Assembly (NCBI RefSeq): GCF_964204645.1
Contig: NC_134030.1
Span: 12,049,947 to 12,113,946, forward strand
Source of the DNA: Tubulanus polymorphus
Lineage: Eukaryota > Animalia > Nemertea
Direction of reading: 5' to 3'
DNA: 64,000 nucleotides
Positions 14,701-28,091 of the stretch are shown here, piece by piece (position 1 is the first letter of the stretch; each line of letters starts with the position of its first letter). A program made the translations under genes and the position numbers. A model generated the notes under the pieces. The model made no database searches and was not told where the DNA came from. It saw nothing but the letters and a program-made list of their open reading frames with translations.

Positions 14701-17700
14701 TTTTCTAAGATGAATCTGGGGTACGAGGTTTGAGTAGCCAAATGATTTAATGCCACACTGCCGGATGAATCATTTCTAATACATATTATGAAATGGTTAC
14801 GAACGAAAGGTAACTACTGAACCGAAAGTCCGATATGTGCTAGATATTTTGGAAAATCCTTGGAATATTTCATGGTTACTATTTCAATGAATGCTATCTA
14901 AATAGCGAACGCTGTATCATCATAATAATTCATGGTCGATCTCCTTTTTTTGTTTTTTTTGCAAAGAGCTTATTACTATGTCAGTGAACGTTTCGTCGCT
15001 CAACAAGTTTAGCGATGTTTTCTTTATGGGCAATATTTCGACGACGAAAATGCTCTTTCAAAAGTTTCAAAGATGTCCAGTGGAATTGCTGTTCTTAAGT
15101 AATTTTGTCAGACGGATTTATCAGTTTATTTTCAATGTTCATTTTATTCATATCCCGTTTTTCTTCCGTTAGCCGGGTTCGAAAAAAATAGATTGAAGAG
15201 ATAATGATGATGCTATGTCCAGTGGAATTGCTGTTCTTCAGTAATTTTGTCGGACGGATTTATCAGTATATTTTCAATGTTCATTTTATTCATATCCCGT
15301 TTTTCTTCCGTTAGCCGGGTTCGAAAAAATAGATTGAAGATGTAGACTATATTCATTTATATCTTCATATATTTTTATTTCCGCGTTCAGGAGCTAATAC
15401 CGTGGCACACAACCAACTCGTATTCTGAGCGAAAACTAAAAACAAATAAAACATTTCATCACGTTTATGCAGATCGCATTCATTCATCGCAGAAACGGAA
15501 ATCTCATCAGTATTTTTTGGTAATCCGAGAGGACGAAAACAAATATATCTGGTATTCGAGAGCAAAATGTGGCTCCAGTAGTTTTGGTAATTGCATTGTG
15601 TGCTGATATTCCGTGGGTGTGTGTATTTTATTCTCCCATTAGCCTCTAAATTGATGCAACAACACGTTGCATCTGGCATTCGAAGAATCGGATATACGAT
15701 TTTAGTTACCACGAATGATTAAGTCTAACTTCCTGACATTCTCGAATATTGTCCACATTTGCTATTCAGACATATGTATGACCGGTTAACGAATATTTGC
15801 ACAATTTCTAAACTTGACAAAAGAATAAAGACAGTAACATTTTTCTGGATGATGGAAATATTAACCCAATAGCTTGATTTCTATGTATAGATACAGCTTG
15901 GGATGTATTTTATATGTGTGCAAGTTATTAAAAGTACCGATTCCGAATCTAATTGATTAATCTTAACCTGTGCTTCTCCAAAGCTCATGGGGGTTTGCTT
16001 GAGGAATCATGACACACAAAATGGCTCTGATTCAATCAAATGCGACGTGATTGTGATATCGTATTTCGTATCAGTCCAGCCATACACATAGAAATGAAGT
16101 CCATCTCGTAAAAGGGTCGTGATTCATGCCTTGGATCCTGGAAAAGAATTTGGAACACGTTGACTTGATTTACTATATTATTAAAATAATATAGTTCAAT
16201 ATTTAAATTATGTTCTTAATGGGCTGCTTATCATCGTTATTTTCTAATCTTATAAATGATAATACATGCATTACGCATAGATTATTTTTTCAAGTAATAC
16301 GAGACATGAATAATGAATAACGTTAAAATGTCAGCGGTTTCAGACAGTTTGTGGATAATACACTGTAGTAACAATCTGTAATCTTGCGTGAGTGTATCAA
16401 GTAAATATACGATATGCATGGTGTGCCTACCAAATTGCCTTCCTATGAGTTCATTACATTAAACGTCACTTAATGTACACCGCCATTGCGTGCAAGTAAT
16501 GCCACAACAATCCGTGGGATCCCTCAGCATCATCTTTATCATCAGTTTCTGGTGTGAAACTGTGGTGGAGGTTTTGTTTCGGCTTATGTTGAAATTCAAT
16601 GTACATTTTTTATATGCCTGCCCTTGATATTTGATTTCTGACCAACTAGTATGGCTTCAAACTTACCAACCACATAAATTTATCTTGTTACTTATGTCAG
16701 TTAGTGGTAACAAATATCCATACATGCATGATGATGATTTTCTAATTTTAATCTTAGACATGTACGAAAACTATAACGTAAGCATCGGTAATTTAAGCTT
16801 TATATTTTGGAAATCTGCGTTCTAAAATCATACGGTTGTATTGAAGCGTTCAAAATTAAAGATTATTTTACTAATTGAACGAGTACATTTTTAGATGAGC
16901 CGCGTACCAAAAAGTATGGGAGGGGAAATAGAAAAGACATTACATAACATAACTATAGGTAACTCAAAAAAGAATTTCGTTGAATGTTGTTAATGACATA
17001 AAAGCTATATAGAAAATATTCAGTTCCTTACTTATCAACTTGTTTAGTTGAATAACTTGAACAAATTCCAAATCATGGGTTTGTCGATTGACATCCTGTT
17101 ATAATCGCGTGATGCAAATCAACCTTCAGCTGGTAAGTTCACGTGGGTTCGGTTCCTGCACGGGTTTTACCAAAAAAGTTTGAAGCATGAAGCGTTGATC
17201 GATGACGATAAATTTGCACCTAATTCCCTATCCTCCCTCGGCAGGGATTCGAACGTGATGCCGCGGCACGAAAGGCAAATTCATGGATATGTACAGTACA
17301 TGTATAAATGGAATAACCCTCTGGTTCATTAAGTTAAAATCCCTGGCGGAAGATGCTACCATGCGGTTTTTATTTAATCCTTAGTGAATTGCTGACTGAT
17401 CACAGGGTATAAAAAGTGAAGGGAACCAACTGAAATAATCGATTTCGGGACTCGAATTTCGGCTTTCTGAATATCTAGTATTAGTATAAAATATATCCAC
17501 ATTATCATGTTTTAAGACGAGTCTAAAAATTTCGTTTTAGTCTTGGTGGGGATTGAGTATCATATTTTTTTCAATGTGGCTCGAACGAATCATCCAGCAT
17601 ACATTTATCATAAGAACCAATATTTACATTACGCCCGATTTCGCTAAAAAGAATCATGAATCAGTCTCAGGCTAGTATGTTCGAATTCCTATATTTTGAA

Positions 17701-19094
17701 ATCTACTTGATATGGCAACTAGTACAATAGTACTGCTTAATAAAGCACGTGTATGAAAATAATAATCGAAACGAACAAGAAATGTGTACACTAAATTCTT
17801 AATCTCAAAAAGTAAATGTACCGTATTGGTGATAAAATGCATCTTAATTTTGGACAACGTTTTTTATCTTGGACATAATTGATGACTATCAGGTATTCTT
17901 AAATTATGTTTGCATAGCCACGCATTATTTATTCTTTGGTTTGCTAAAGGTAAACAACGCACTGATAATTGATGATTACTGGCGAAAGTCGTAAGCAAAT
18001 AATACGATTCTTCATGGGAAAAAAATAATTCTATTTTCCTTGCAAGTCCAGCATCACGAAGGCTTTCCAATTCTATGTAAATTCAGTAGCGGTGCTCATT
18101 TACCATCAATATTCAATACAAAATGATGGTTAATATAAAGTTTTAAACGCCAAAGTCAAGCAAATACTTTAACTGCAAAATTTTTAGGAAACAATTTATT
18201 TTACATTCCGTGCGAACCCAAGATCACGAAGGCGTTCGTATCGTAAGATTACTTCGCTAGTATTCTTCGTTTGTCGAAAAACATGGCCGATAGCAGCGAC
18301 TAGAATGAAGGATTCTATAGAATTTTCCATTCATCATCGATCTACAACTTGCATATATTCAAATATTTCAATACGAAATCTTATTTCTTAGATCAAATAA
18401 AGCATAGCAAGCAAAGTAAAGTAATACATTCTTTTATCTGTTACTTTTTTCAGCGTATCGACATAACCAGAATAGATTGAGTTCTTTACAAAACATAGCG
18501 AGGTGATAATATCATAAAGTTTAAATGTCAAAATCAATGTTTTTAACCTTGTTGTTATTCGCCGATAATTAAGTATTTTTCTTCACGAAGAATTAATGTT
18601 ACCTATGAATTTGGTGTACACCCTGACTTTTGACACTAGAGTGTAGTTTACTAAACCACCATGGCTCCTAAACACCTCCCCCACCCGTTTCCTGTAATTG
18701 AGTACATAATAACGTAAAAATTATCCCCAACATCATGTTCACTGAATACATAGAATAAACATCCCTAAACATAGATAGTCACGGGTCATGTCCATGGATT
18801 TCTGTACAAGGCAAACATATATATGGTACTCATTATAGTGATGCCTTCTCTTTGCATGTACGAACGTTCATGAATATCCAAAGGTTCTGACCAATTATCC
18901 CCGCTGAGAGAACGATAATTTGTTGATTGAATCATGAATTAACAATTTTTAGATTTAATTTGGCATGTTTTCCCATCGGTAATTTCATGTAACTCCATAT
19001 ATTTGTATATTTTCTAGTTTTGGACGGAGCATACAGAAGCGACATCCATTCATAACCAAAGTAGGCATACCTTCTTCAGAATCAACATTATATG
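10695..19094 (+). CDS. NPF: Neuropeptide F / neuropeptide Y-family precursor (span of the confidently assigned coding exons)
   Basis: The spliced translation is [23 protein letters not shown] (signal peptide) + [38 protein letters not shown] + G-R (amidation donor and cleavage site) + [11 protein letters not shown]. The PxxPxxF...LxxYLxxLNxYFAxxGRPRF-amide pattern is the invertebrate NPF signature. The intron splits the Arg codon (CG|T), the conserved NPY/NPF intron position. Confidence 0.95.
11665..11743. repeat. (TTA)n microsatellite grading into (TAG)n
   Basis: Directly visible. Confidence 0.97.
12427..12592. mobile_element. MITE of about 170 bp (TIR TGGTGGCTGATTCGGGCCATA), copy 1
   Basis: TIR pair present, and homologous in opposite orientation to 60842-61014. 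Confidence 0.85.
15073..15340. repeat. Tandem duplication, 142-bp period, two copies
   Basis: ATGTCCAGTGGAATTGCTGTTCTT... starts at both 15073 and 15215 with few substitutions. Confidence 0.92.
19018..19094 (+). CDS. NPF: NPF coding exon 2 (R-F-G-R-S-I-Q-K-R...)
   Basis: Acceptor ttttctag, then T TTT GGA CGG completes RPRF-GR in the correct phase. The donor is either AAA|gtaggc (19061) or G|gtgagt (19095). Confidence 0.88.
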
Positions 19095-21636
19095 GTGAGT
19101 ATGACGTCATTGGCAGGTCATTTTCAATTACCATTGTAAGGGTAGGGAGCTTTTCGCATGTACAAACGCGTACAATGCAATTATTTCATTTCTCTAAATA
19201 TATCTTTAATCAATGATTTTCAGAAAGTTATTACGAGGAACCTCACCACGCCACTCGAATGCCCAGGACTTTGATTTCTTATTTGTTTCCCTCAGTGATC
19301 AAAATTAGTTCCCCAAGATATTTCCTAATGCCTGCCCCGAAATAAGCCAGATTTTCTGCTTGATGGACGACTAGTTAATACAAACCATTTCTATTTCTTT
19401 CTTTTAAACTTCAGCTTAGATCAAATGAACCCCAAGACTATTTGGAAACGCTAAGAGATAGATAGGCTACGTAAATGATTCCAAATGAAACTTTGCTGAC
19501 AATAAACGGTAGAAAATTATTTTCTAAAGGTCGCATGGAAAATTATATACCCACGCCAGAAATGGTGATGTGCGGTCCATTTTTCAAACTAATGGACATT
19601 TGGGGGGGTTATGAATTACGTATATCAATAAGTTTCAAGTTCTGGAGTTCGATCGTGACAATAGGGCTAAGGAAGTTCAGTTCCGATATTTGATCAGATT
19701 TTAACGGGTGTCAATGGAACTGGCTCTTGGCAGTCAAAGCTTAATAATGAAAGTCACAAAGGAGTGATGAAAAAAATTCCACAGAAATTATTTTGTTTCC
19801 TAGATTCTTAATTTCTAAGTAGCTAACGGTAGACCTAACATAGTATAGCGTGAAACTATCCTGTGTTAACTATGCCTAGCGCATAAGTGCACTGAATATT
19901 AGGTAATAACAGTGCTACTAGTCTGCTCGAAGGTCAACCGAGGACAACTTAACACACCTTTGCATGGGTATCATTCAGTTTTTTTAAAAAAGTACCTGAT
20001 ATAGTGTGGCACCAATCTATTCAATTATCATTATCATTCATTTATTAACTGGCATGAAACCGCACGGGTTGATAACACAAACAATTCTCATACCAAAACA
20101 CATTATTTGAATTAACTTCTATGACACTATTTTCAATTCGTCGGATAGACTTTCACGTAAATATATATTTCGGCAACTGATTCACGATGGCAAGTGGTGA
20201 AAAGTGAAAAATAAAAAACTTACTACCAATAAAACACTTCGGGTTATGTACATGTATAACTAAAATTGTTTTCAAACATCTCTGAACAACTATGATTTGG
20301 TTTCGTCAGTAAAATCCACGAAGAAAAGAAAAACTTTAAAATTTGCTTCTAGGTAAATCGTTTACAGGTAAGCTCTGGAGAGTGACATTGAAAACATTTT
20401 GAATATGAAAGTGATAAAACGGGTCTCTTTAGTCACATAACGAAATTTTATTAAATTTTCATCAATCACCGTTATGTTCAAAATGACATCTGTTAGATCG
20501 TGGTTTGCTTATGCTCGTGGCATAGTAGTTGAAAACGATTTTGCCGTTGGAACGATTCATTTTAGATCACTTGTAATAACCGGATATGTGTAGTAGAAAT
20601 AAAGTTACAGTACTTTTTATGAATTCATTTTCATTCTAAAAAAATCCGCATGGTAACATTGGTAGCATGGTTTCAATTTGGGTTTATTGTTTCAAAAAAG
20701 ATATGATTTCTTCCGACATTAAACATAGGTACAATTTTCTAGTGCAATTTCCTCGATTTCCTTCCTCGATTGTATCTCGCCATGAAAATTAACCCTTTTA
20801 GTTTACCGGTACAGCAAATGGATGGGGTGGATCAGGACTTTCAGAGAGTTATTCAAATAGTAACGGATGTTAAAATTTTAAGATGCTCCCTAAATGAAAT
20901 ATGGTGTATGTTTTATATTTTAAGGTATTTATAGTCAGGCCTACCTATATGTATTTCATAATGTGCATTTTATCCTAATATTTCAAACGAACCTATATTA
21001 TCGTCCTGTTTTTAAAACAGATGTATTCAATTCATTATACAGGGACGATTTCTGACGCATCTATCATGAGCTAGTCTCATTTTTAATTTTCAACAATGAA
21101 AAAGTCACTATTTCTAAATATCTAGCGATCTTAAGAAGATTCAGATTCATATTTTTGTTCTCCGAAAAAAAGATAATTTTCTCTGAACAAAATAGATACC
21201 ATGTTACATATATAAGTTTACAGTAGGGAGATACAATGCAATACATGACATAGCAAGGTTATGTTGAACAAGCATTTAAATACAATCCCATGAGGTATAC
21301 AAAGGCCAAATGTACACCAAAATTTTAAAGGTTATTCGTCAAGTTAAGATCAAGTGATTATCCGAACTAACGTTCACATATCCTTATGATATACTGGCGC
21401 TAAAAGTATTATTATTCAGGCCGATGTAACAATCAAAAATCTAAGATAAAACATCTAAAATTACACATATGATAGATGATAATGATATATATTATTTATA
21501 TATATTTTAAATCAACCCATTTGAGTCATGCGTGATAGATGTAACCTAAAATTCCGCTCGCGGCTTCATGAAGAATCAAATTCATTGACCGTATTCACTC
21601 TTAAAATGAAATGTTTTCTATTTTATTTATGCGCAG

Positions 21637-21870
21637 AATAGACGATGACGATGAATATTATCGCCACCTCTCATTCGACCCAATATACTAATCATTGTTG
21701 CGCACCTAAACTCGGCGACATTGAAATGGAACAGTCGTTTCATCGAGATGTGAAGAATCGATAGAGACGCACGAGCTTGGCGAATCATATCAACAATTTA
21801 CATCGTTACTGATAATCCTGTCTCCCTTAAAATGTAATTGTCTTAAAAATAAAATGACATCAGAATATTT
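21637..21870 (+). other. Probable terminal exon / 3' UTR of NPF
   Basis: T-rich tract plus gcgcag acceptor at 21636, a short acidic frame (IDDDDEYYRHLSFDPIY*), and AATAAA at 21848-21853. Confidence 0.5.
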
Positions 21871-23597
21871 TTAATAACTATCAAAAGCGTTCTCTTTTTC
21901 TTGCACAGCACTCGTATGCAATGTGATGATTCAAAGTATAGTCGATAAGTTTTTCATTTATCGGGCTGTTGGTAAGACCGAATCATAAACTGGTAAGATA
22001 TTGAGAGGGATGGTGGAGAAAGAAAAATTGTCATAAAATCTACAAAGGAAATAAGAGAGATTAAAGGTGGAGTGTCGGCAGTTGTGGACACCATCTAGTT
22101 TTTGAAATCCACAACTTACACGGATCTCTTCAGTGAACCGGCCGATGACCAAAGACTACAACGTACGGCTCCGATCCTACAACGTATCAACAATGAGTAT
22201 CGCTTGAGATCACAAGACCAACACGTATCAGTCAAATGGTGAAGATGTTCATTTTACAACTACATGTATTTCAACGATTATGTCGAAGTTCATTAGACCC
22301 GAAGAAGTCCAACATAAATACAAAATGCTTTAAAACAGCACAACAAGCTGGTCATTTATATGAATATAATATTAATGCTTTGCCTAGTTAAGCTAAAAAA
22401 AGAAGAAAAACTCGGACGGTGATAATTGTGGATAAAGAGGAAAATATGACACTAAAAAATAACGGATCATCTTAGTTGCTGCCAGGTAGGTGTATATTCG
22501 GTAGTCATTTTGATACGTAAACCGACGCACGAAGGCATGTCGTTACTTTTATCTTAAACCCTGAAAACGGGCAAAGATGCAAAAACCACGGGCATATGAA
22601 AAAAATTTTGCAAGCTTAAATGAAACGTTTACTAAAGAGCCGGATGGTCACGAGTTAATTCAGCTACGTTACAAACTGCAAACAGAATTTCAAGGCAATT
22701 TATATTTAGATTCAGCGATTGATCGATCAAAAACACGTCACATGAAAAAGAAACAATTTAAAATTTCACAAGTTAGCGAAATTTTGAATTTCTATATCAT
22801 GAGTTGGGGTTTCTTTGCGCTTTCGGTAGTCAAAAATTAAAGAAAGCAGAGGTTATTCCTACGAAGTGGAATTCGTAATCAACGATAGTGTTACAAAATG
22901 TACAGTATACTCGCTTGCCAGGGTTTGGTTGCCTTTCATCGATGTTCACGCTTATAAAAGCCTGCCCTGCACTTCCTAGCAAGCGAGGGTGAGTATGTTA
23001 AACTGATTATATCGGTCAGTGAAATTCACTTCTTGGTTGATATAAAAAGGTCTACGGGCAGACACCAAATGGTAAAACAATGCAGACAGTGAATATAAGT
23101 TCATTTTCAATGAAATTCAATTTGAACTGGATTTTCAAGCTCAAATCTGAATGTTGTTATAAAACGAATCTCAAACAATTATACGATTTTCTTCCCTCCC
23201 AGTACATGGCGTTGATTTCACTGATAAGTGACTCACTCGAGAGAATAGTTTATTCGAATTCTGTTGAAATGTAGAAGACATTGGACATTAGCTGAACCTG
23301 GTGGGTCCTAGTGTAGTCCACCCTCATGACAATTAGCATTGGAAAATAATATTTAGACTAGTAATCATCGAATATGGTATGAACGTTGATCGAATATAAG
23401 AATTAAAACTCAGACACACATATCATTCCGGCAGACGTGGTGGGTTTGTAAAGGATACCAATTTAAATCAAATTTTATCAACCAATCAAATAAAAAAGAG
23501 GGGCGAACAGCCATATTTCAAGATCAAAACATACTTGTTGTTGTTCGTTTTGTTGAAATGTATTGTGAAATCAATCCTCCTAGTCTGTTGGTTATCT

Positions 23598-23707
23598 GGA
23601 TCCGGTTCCATAGTTGTGGGTTAAAGTTAACTCTCAGTTAAGATTAGTTCATTTTCAATGTTTTAACTCGGGATCAAATCTTAACTCACGACTGTGGAAC
23701 CGGGCCC
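23598..23707. mobile_element. Small MITE of about 110 bp (GG..CCGGTTCCA TIR family); related copies near 39130-39215 and 39290-39376
   Basis: GGATCCGGTTCCATAGTTGTG / CACGACTGTGGAACCGGGCCC. Confidence 0.7.
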
Positions 23708-25525
23708 TGGATGATAGATAACCCGGAGGGTTATTAGGCCTATTATACGTTTTAAGCTTCAATATATAAGAATGATTTGTCCGACTATGAATTTATTAGA
23801 GAAGCAGGTTCATAACTAATAAGATGGATTCAATCACTAATTCTACAAGGAAGAGCCTTTCTCAGCGTGTTATATCATTCAGTGGTATTGCTTCTATTAA
23901 ATCCGCTATGGCATTTGTGAACAATGAATACAAAGCCTTCCACTTTTCAAATACAGTATTTTGTAATCCATCGAACCGAATGCTACTTTGTTTGTTTTTT
24001 TTTTGTTTGCTTTAAGCCGCGCTGAAAATCGGCCCAGTCAAAAATTATGAAGCATGGAAAGTTAACGTTAATTCCAAGGACACAATCATCGGACACTGAG
24101 TCTTATTTCTGTATCAGCCGCAGGGAATATCTGCTAAACGAGGCTTTCATTGCCATGCTCGCTATAAAATCATTTCCGTCCATTATAATCAAGTTAACTC
24201 GGCTACTGTCATTCTCTAATTCATTACGTAAGAGGTCATTTACATACATCGAGATATATTTGCTATATGAACAATCGTAGGCCAGCACACAGATCACATT
24301 GTTCAATGGGGTTTGGTCCAGGTCTCGCGAGATTTTCAACAACACGGAAGTAACGTGTAATAAATGATGACTTGAATTGCATGACTACCTACCACCCCTC
24401 ATTATTGTTGGAAAACTAAACGTTCGGCACTGACTAAAAATTAGTAATAACACTTTAGAAATGGCCAGAATTTTAACTTAGGTTCTATCTCATTTTTATT
24501 TTACAATTGCGATTGGTATAATTTTTTTTTAAATGGCCGTTAAGGCTTCATGTTTCGTCTGCAATTCACTGCAAATAGTTACGCAACTACGCACATTTCA
24601 GTGTTCTTGGCAGCTGTACACTCAATCGGCACCGTTCGTGATTAGCTTCACTGCGGAATTAACATTAATTAACATCGCCATATCACATCATCAACTTATA
24701 TTGTGCCTTAAAACCCTAACAGCCGAAATAATTGAAATGCACACACGTTTTCTATCATTGAAAATTGAGAGAGTGGCCATGTTTGTGTTTGCTGCTTCGC
24801 GTAAATCCCGCGCGGTGGCGCAACCGCGCGGAGTGGGGCCGATACGTCCAGCTATTCCCTTTAAAACACCCGCAGAGCGTCATAAGTAAAGTACGTAACC
24901 GGAAGGAGTTTCTCCGAACCTGCCACTCAACCCCATTACCGTCCATCACGTTAAACAATTAAGATACAGATTCTATAAACAATTTAAAAAGAAACTTTTT
25001 TGGCATGCAGAATCTATCTACACATGTATGTTCCGAGGATACCGTAATGTTTTAACTATAACCATGGACTATACGTCCATGCTTTAACGAATTTGGCGAT
25101 GATATGAATGGACTGATGACGACTGTCGAGCACCATGGATAAACGGGAATGTGGGTGAAACCCCACAGCAAAATTCCTTGTTAGAAAACCCCCTGAATGT
25201 AGCAAAAATCCCCCACATGAATCCAGTGCAAACATTCATTTTAATTCAATCATGATCTGTGTATTCAATTTATATATGTATTCTACTCTATTTCGTGTAG
25301 GAATATTTTGAGCATGATGGTAAAAGTTTTTGTACAATTGAAGTTGAAATAAATCAACAAGAAAGTCCAACTTGAAAAATTGGAAATTATAGATTTTTGC
25401 GGGAGCTCCAACAATAAACAGTGTTGAATACTTTTGCAAACAAACGATTACATTGCAGAGACGACTTGTTTGTTATGATGCTATCCATTTTTCAATTTGC
25501 CTTAATTAGTGAACGGTGATGCATA

Positions 25526-25707
25526 TACATAACCCCCGATATACCGCCCTCCCATATACCGCCACCCCCGCCTACCGCCAAATTTTCTCAATGTACGTCT
25601 CAATATAAATAGCCTACATAGTAAAACAACCCCGGTTTCCCTTCGTTCTCTCTATACCGCCAAAATCGTTCTGCACCGATGTGGGTGGTATATCGGGGTT
25701 GACTGTA
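25526..25707. mobile_element. Tc1/mariner-pogo-type MITE (TA|CAGT ends); relatives near 40830-40946, 41695-41935 and 47645-47960
   Basis: CCCCGATATACC / GGTATATCGGGGTTGACTG-TA inverted pair, with internal sequence shared with 41841-41930. Confidence 0.7.
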
Positions 25708-25821
25708 GGGGGATTGGATCGGAGACTTACGTACTAAAAGTAACCGTGGTGGCTCTAACAACAATACTGATCTCCCCCTTATCCGTGGACCGAATAGACA
25801 ACCAAATACCAACATAGCCTC

Positions 25822-26064
25822 CAGGCACGGATTCAAGAGTTGAGACCCCCCCCCCCTGCTCAGCTACCAAAAATGTTTTTTAATCGTTCTCTTGAAGGAA
25901 TGTATTCAAGACAAAGTGGGCGGACAGCACCAAATAATCGGTACCATATCATCTTATGTTTGGCCAAACAATATGCCATATATGCCCCTATCATTAAACA
26001 TTTTAGTCGGCAGTTTAACATTTTTATGAACCCTCTGCTGGAAAAAATCCTGGATTCGCGCATG
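25822..26064. mobile_element. Related MITE with 5-bp TSD
   Basis: Imperfect TIRs CAGGCACGGATTCAAGA / TCCTGGATTCGCGCATG, flanked on both sides by GCCTC. Confidence 0.75.
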
Positions 26065-27853
26065 GCCTCTCATGGAAATTTTGCAACATGTACGCCATGT
26101 TATTCCAAGGTATTTCAACTAAAATAAATTTCACTAATGACCTTGAACTACGACCTTTTATTCCCAAATATTAAGAAATACAAATTCTACCTATCACACA
26201 ACATGTTAAGGTCACTGATCTCAAAGCCGGATGCATATACGGTCGTTCCTACTGGCGTAGGTGAACACAATCATATTCAACTTCGTACATATTCATTTTC
26301 AGTCAAGGCACTCTCGCGTTCAGAACTCTGGCTCCCATTTTTAAGAGTTAATAACAACCATTGTACCCGGGTAACATTTGTAACCATGTACCCATTGTAA
26401 CCATGCTTTTACACGTCAGTTGCAGACTTCAATACATTGACATTGGATTTATAAATTTCGGGGATCTATGATGCGTATCTCGTCAATATGGCGTCGTACG
26501 TGCATAGCTTCGACGGGCCCATGAGAACGTCTTACAGAGCCATAAGGACATTCTATGGGTTTACGTTAGTTGAAGTTTGCTCGATTTAAATTTCCCGTTA
26601 AATACTCGATGTGGGTGGTGCGTTTAATTCATACCTTAATTACTTTGTAGATTGAGCTTTCGTTGTTACTGTTAATTCAATGAATTTGAGGAATTCGGCT
26701 CTGCGCCTCACATTTTAGAAAACTTTAAAACTATAAATTCGAAATCTCAAAATTGTTGAAACCGCATGAAATAGACTTAGAAACCACATTTATTCTTAGC
26801 AATACTCTTACGATGAAATTAATCAGGGGCCTGGGATACAATACCCACTGGGTGAATGCTCTATTGATTTCAACGATCAAAGCACGCCTGCGATAAAGAT
26901 CGATAATTTTGAAATAAACTCACTACAATCATAGATCATGGCATGAGCTTCAGCAATAGGGAATTTTCCAGGTGTCATTCTCAGGTGGTCCTATGGGTAC
27001 CGCATTTGTTGTAAAGACTTTGATATTTCTTACACTAAGATCTTTTTTCTGACGGTGTTTGTTTCATTTTTCTCGGATGCAACAAGTAGACACAGTTGCC
27101 GTTAAAAATGTAACTTTTAGGAAGGCGCCTCAAAAATTTCAGGCCCGAATTTAGGCGGTCCAAACGACATCGTTCAATCGTTTCTCTATTGAATATAGGG
27201 TATTTGCAGTGTCGACATTTTTTTAGTTTTGGCACAAACACGATTTTAAAGATATTTCCTAACTGAACTAATTATTTTGCGATGCTGGGGATCATGTTTA
27301 TATACATTCCAAAGATCAAAAGATCATCTTCAAAATTTCCCATGTTATTTTGAGAAATAAATCAACCAAAAGCTGATTTTGTAGAATATAAATTCGGCCA
27401 ACGAGATTAACATCGGGATAAGTTTGGAACAGCAGGTGATTCGATTTGGGGCCACGAAAGCTGATCAAAAACCAAAATCGTGTAACTCACGAACAGTAAA
27501 TACAGAAGTAAAATGGAAATAGTACAAATAAATCTTGTCTAGCTTATCCTCGCTAAAATAGCTGTTACGTTACTAATTCCTCTATTTTTCTGCCTTTTTG
27601 ATATTTCATAATTCATCGTTAGTTCCGATCTGCGGTGCTTGCTCGGAGTTAAGTCAGCCTGTGTCTACTACGAAATTTATGCCAATTTGTTCTACCAGCG
27701 ATTGCGTTTCAGCCAATCGTTAGCCTCCCAATGATTTTTCTTAGCTGGATAAGAAAGTATCACGGAATGAGTGGGAATAGATTGCACTCACATCTCGTCG
27801 TTGTATTCAATCACTATTTCCAGTACATCAGCGGAATACCTGTCACCTTTTAA

Positions 27854-28091
27854 ATGAATAAGAATAAGAAGGAATATTTCAAATCTAAAACAGCAAGTAT
27901 GTCCTTCGATATGGGCCTTTTAACAATCAATGATACTTCTGTAGAAGATCAGTCGAGGAAGGTTGCTCAACTGATTTGCGGGAAAATACTTGAAAACCAG
28001 GATACGGAAAATAAGAAACTCAAAGTCGAAACTGAGGAAGATGAGAAATCTGAACCGGATTGGTCCAGATTTGAATCAACGTACGCGAGAG
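27854..28091 (+). CDS. GAD: GAD exon 1
   Basis: ATG to ...[12 protein letters not shown]|gtatg. It joins exon 2 as YARELYPA, resembling vertebrate ARDLLPA. The exact start Met is uncertain. Confidence 0.85.

Noticed and set aside
24533-24962. 118-aa and overlapping ORFs in a GC-richer patch
   Set aside because: No recognisable domain and no splice context; at most part of the decayed minus-strand remnant noted in the findings.
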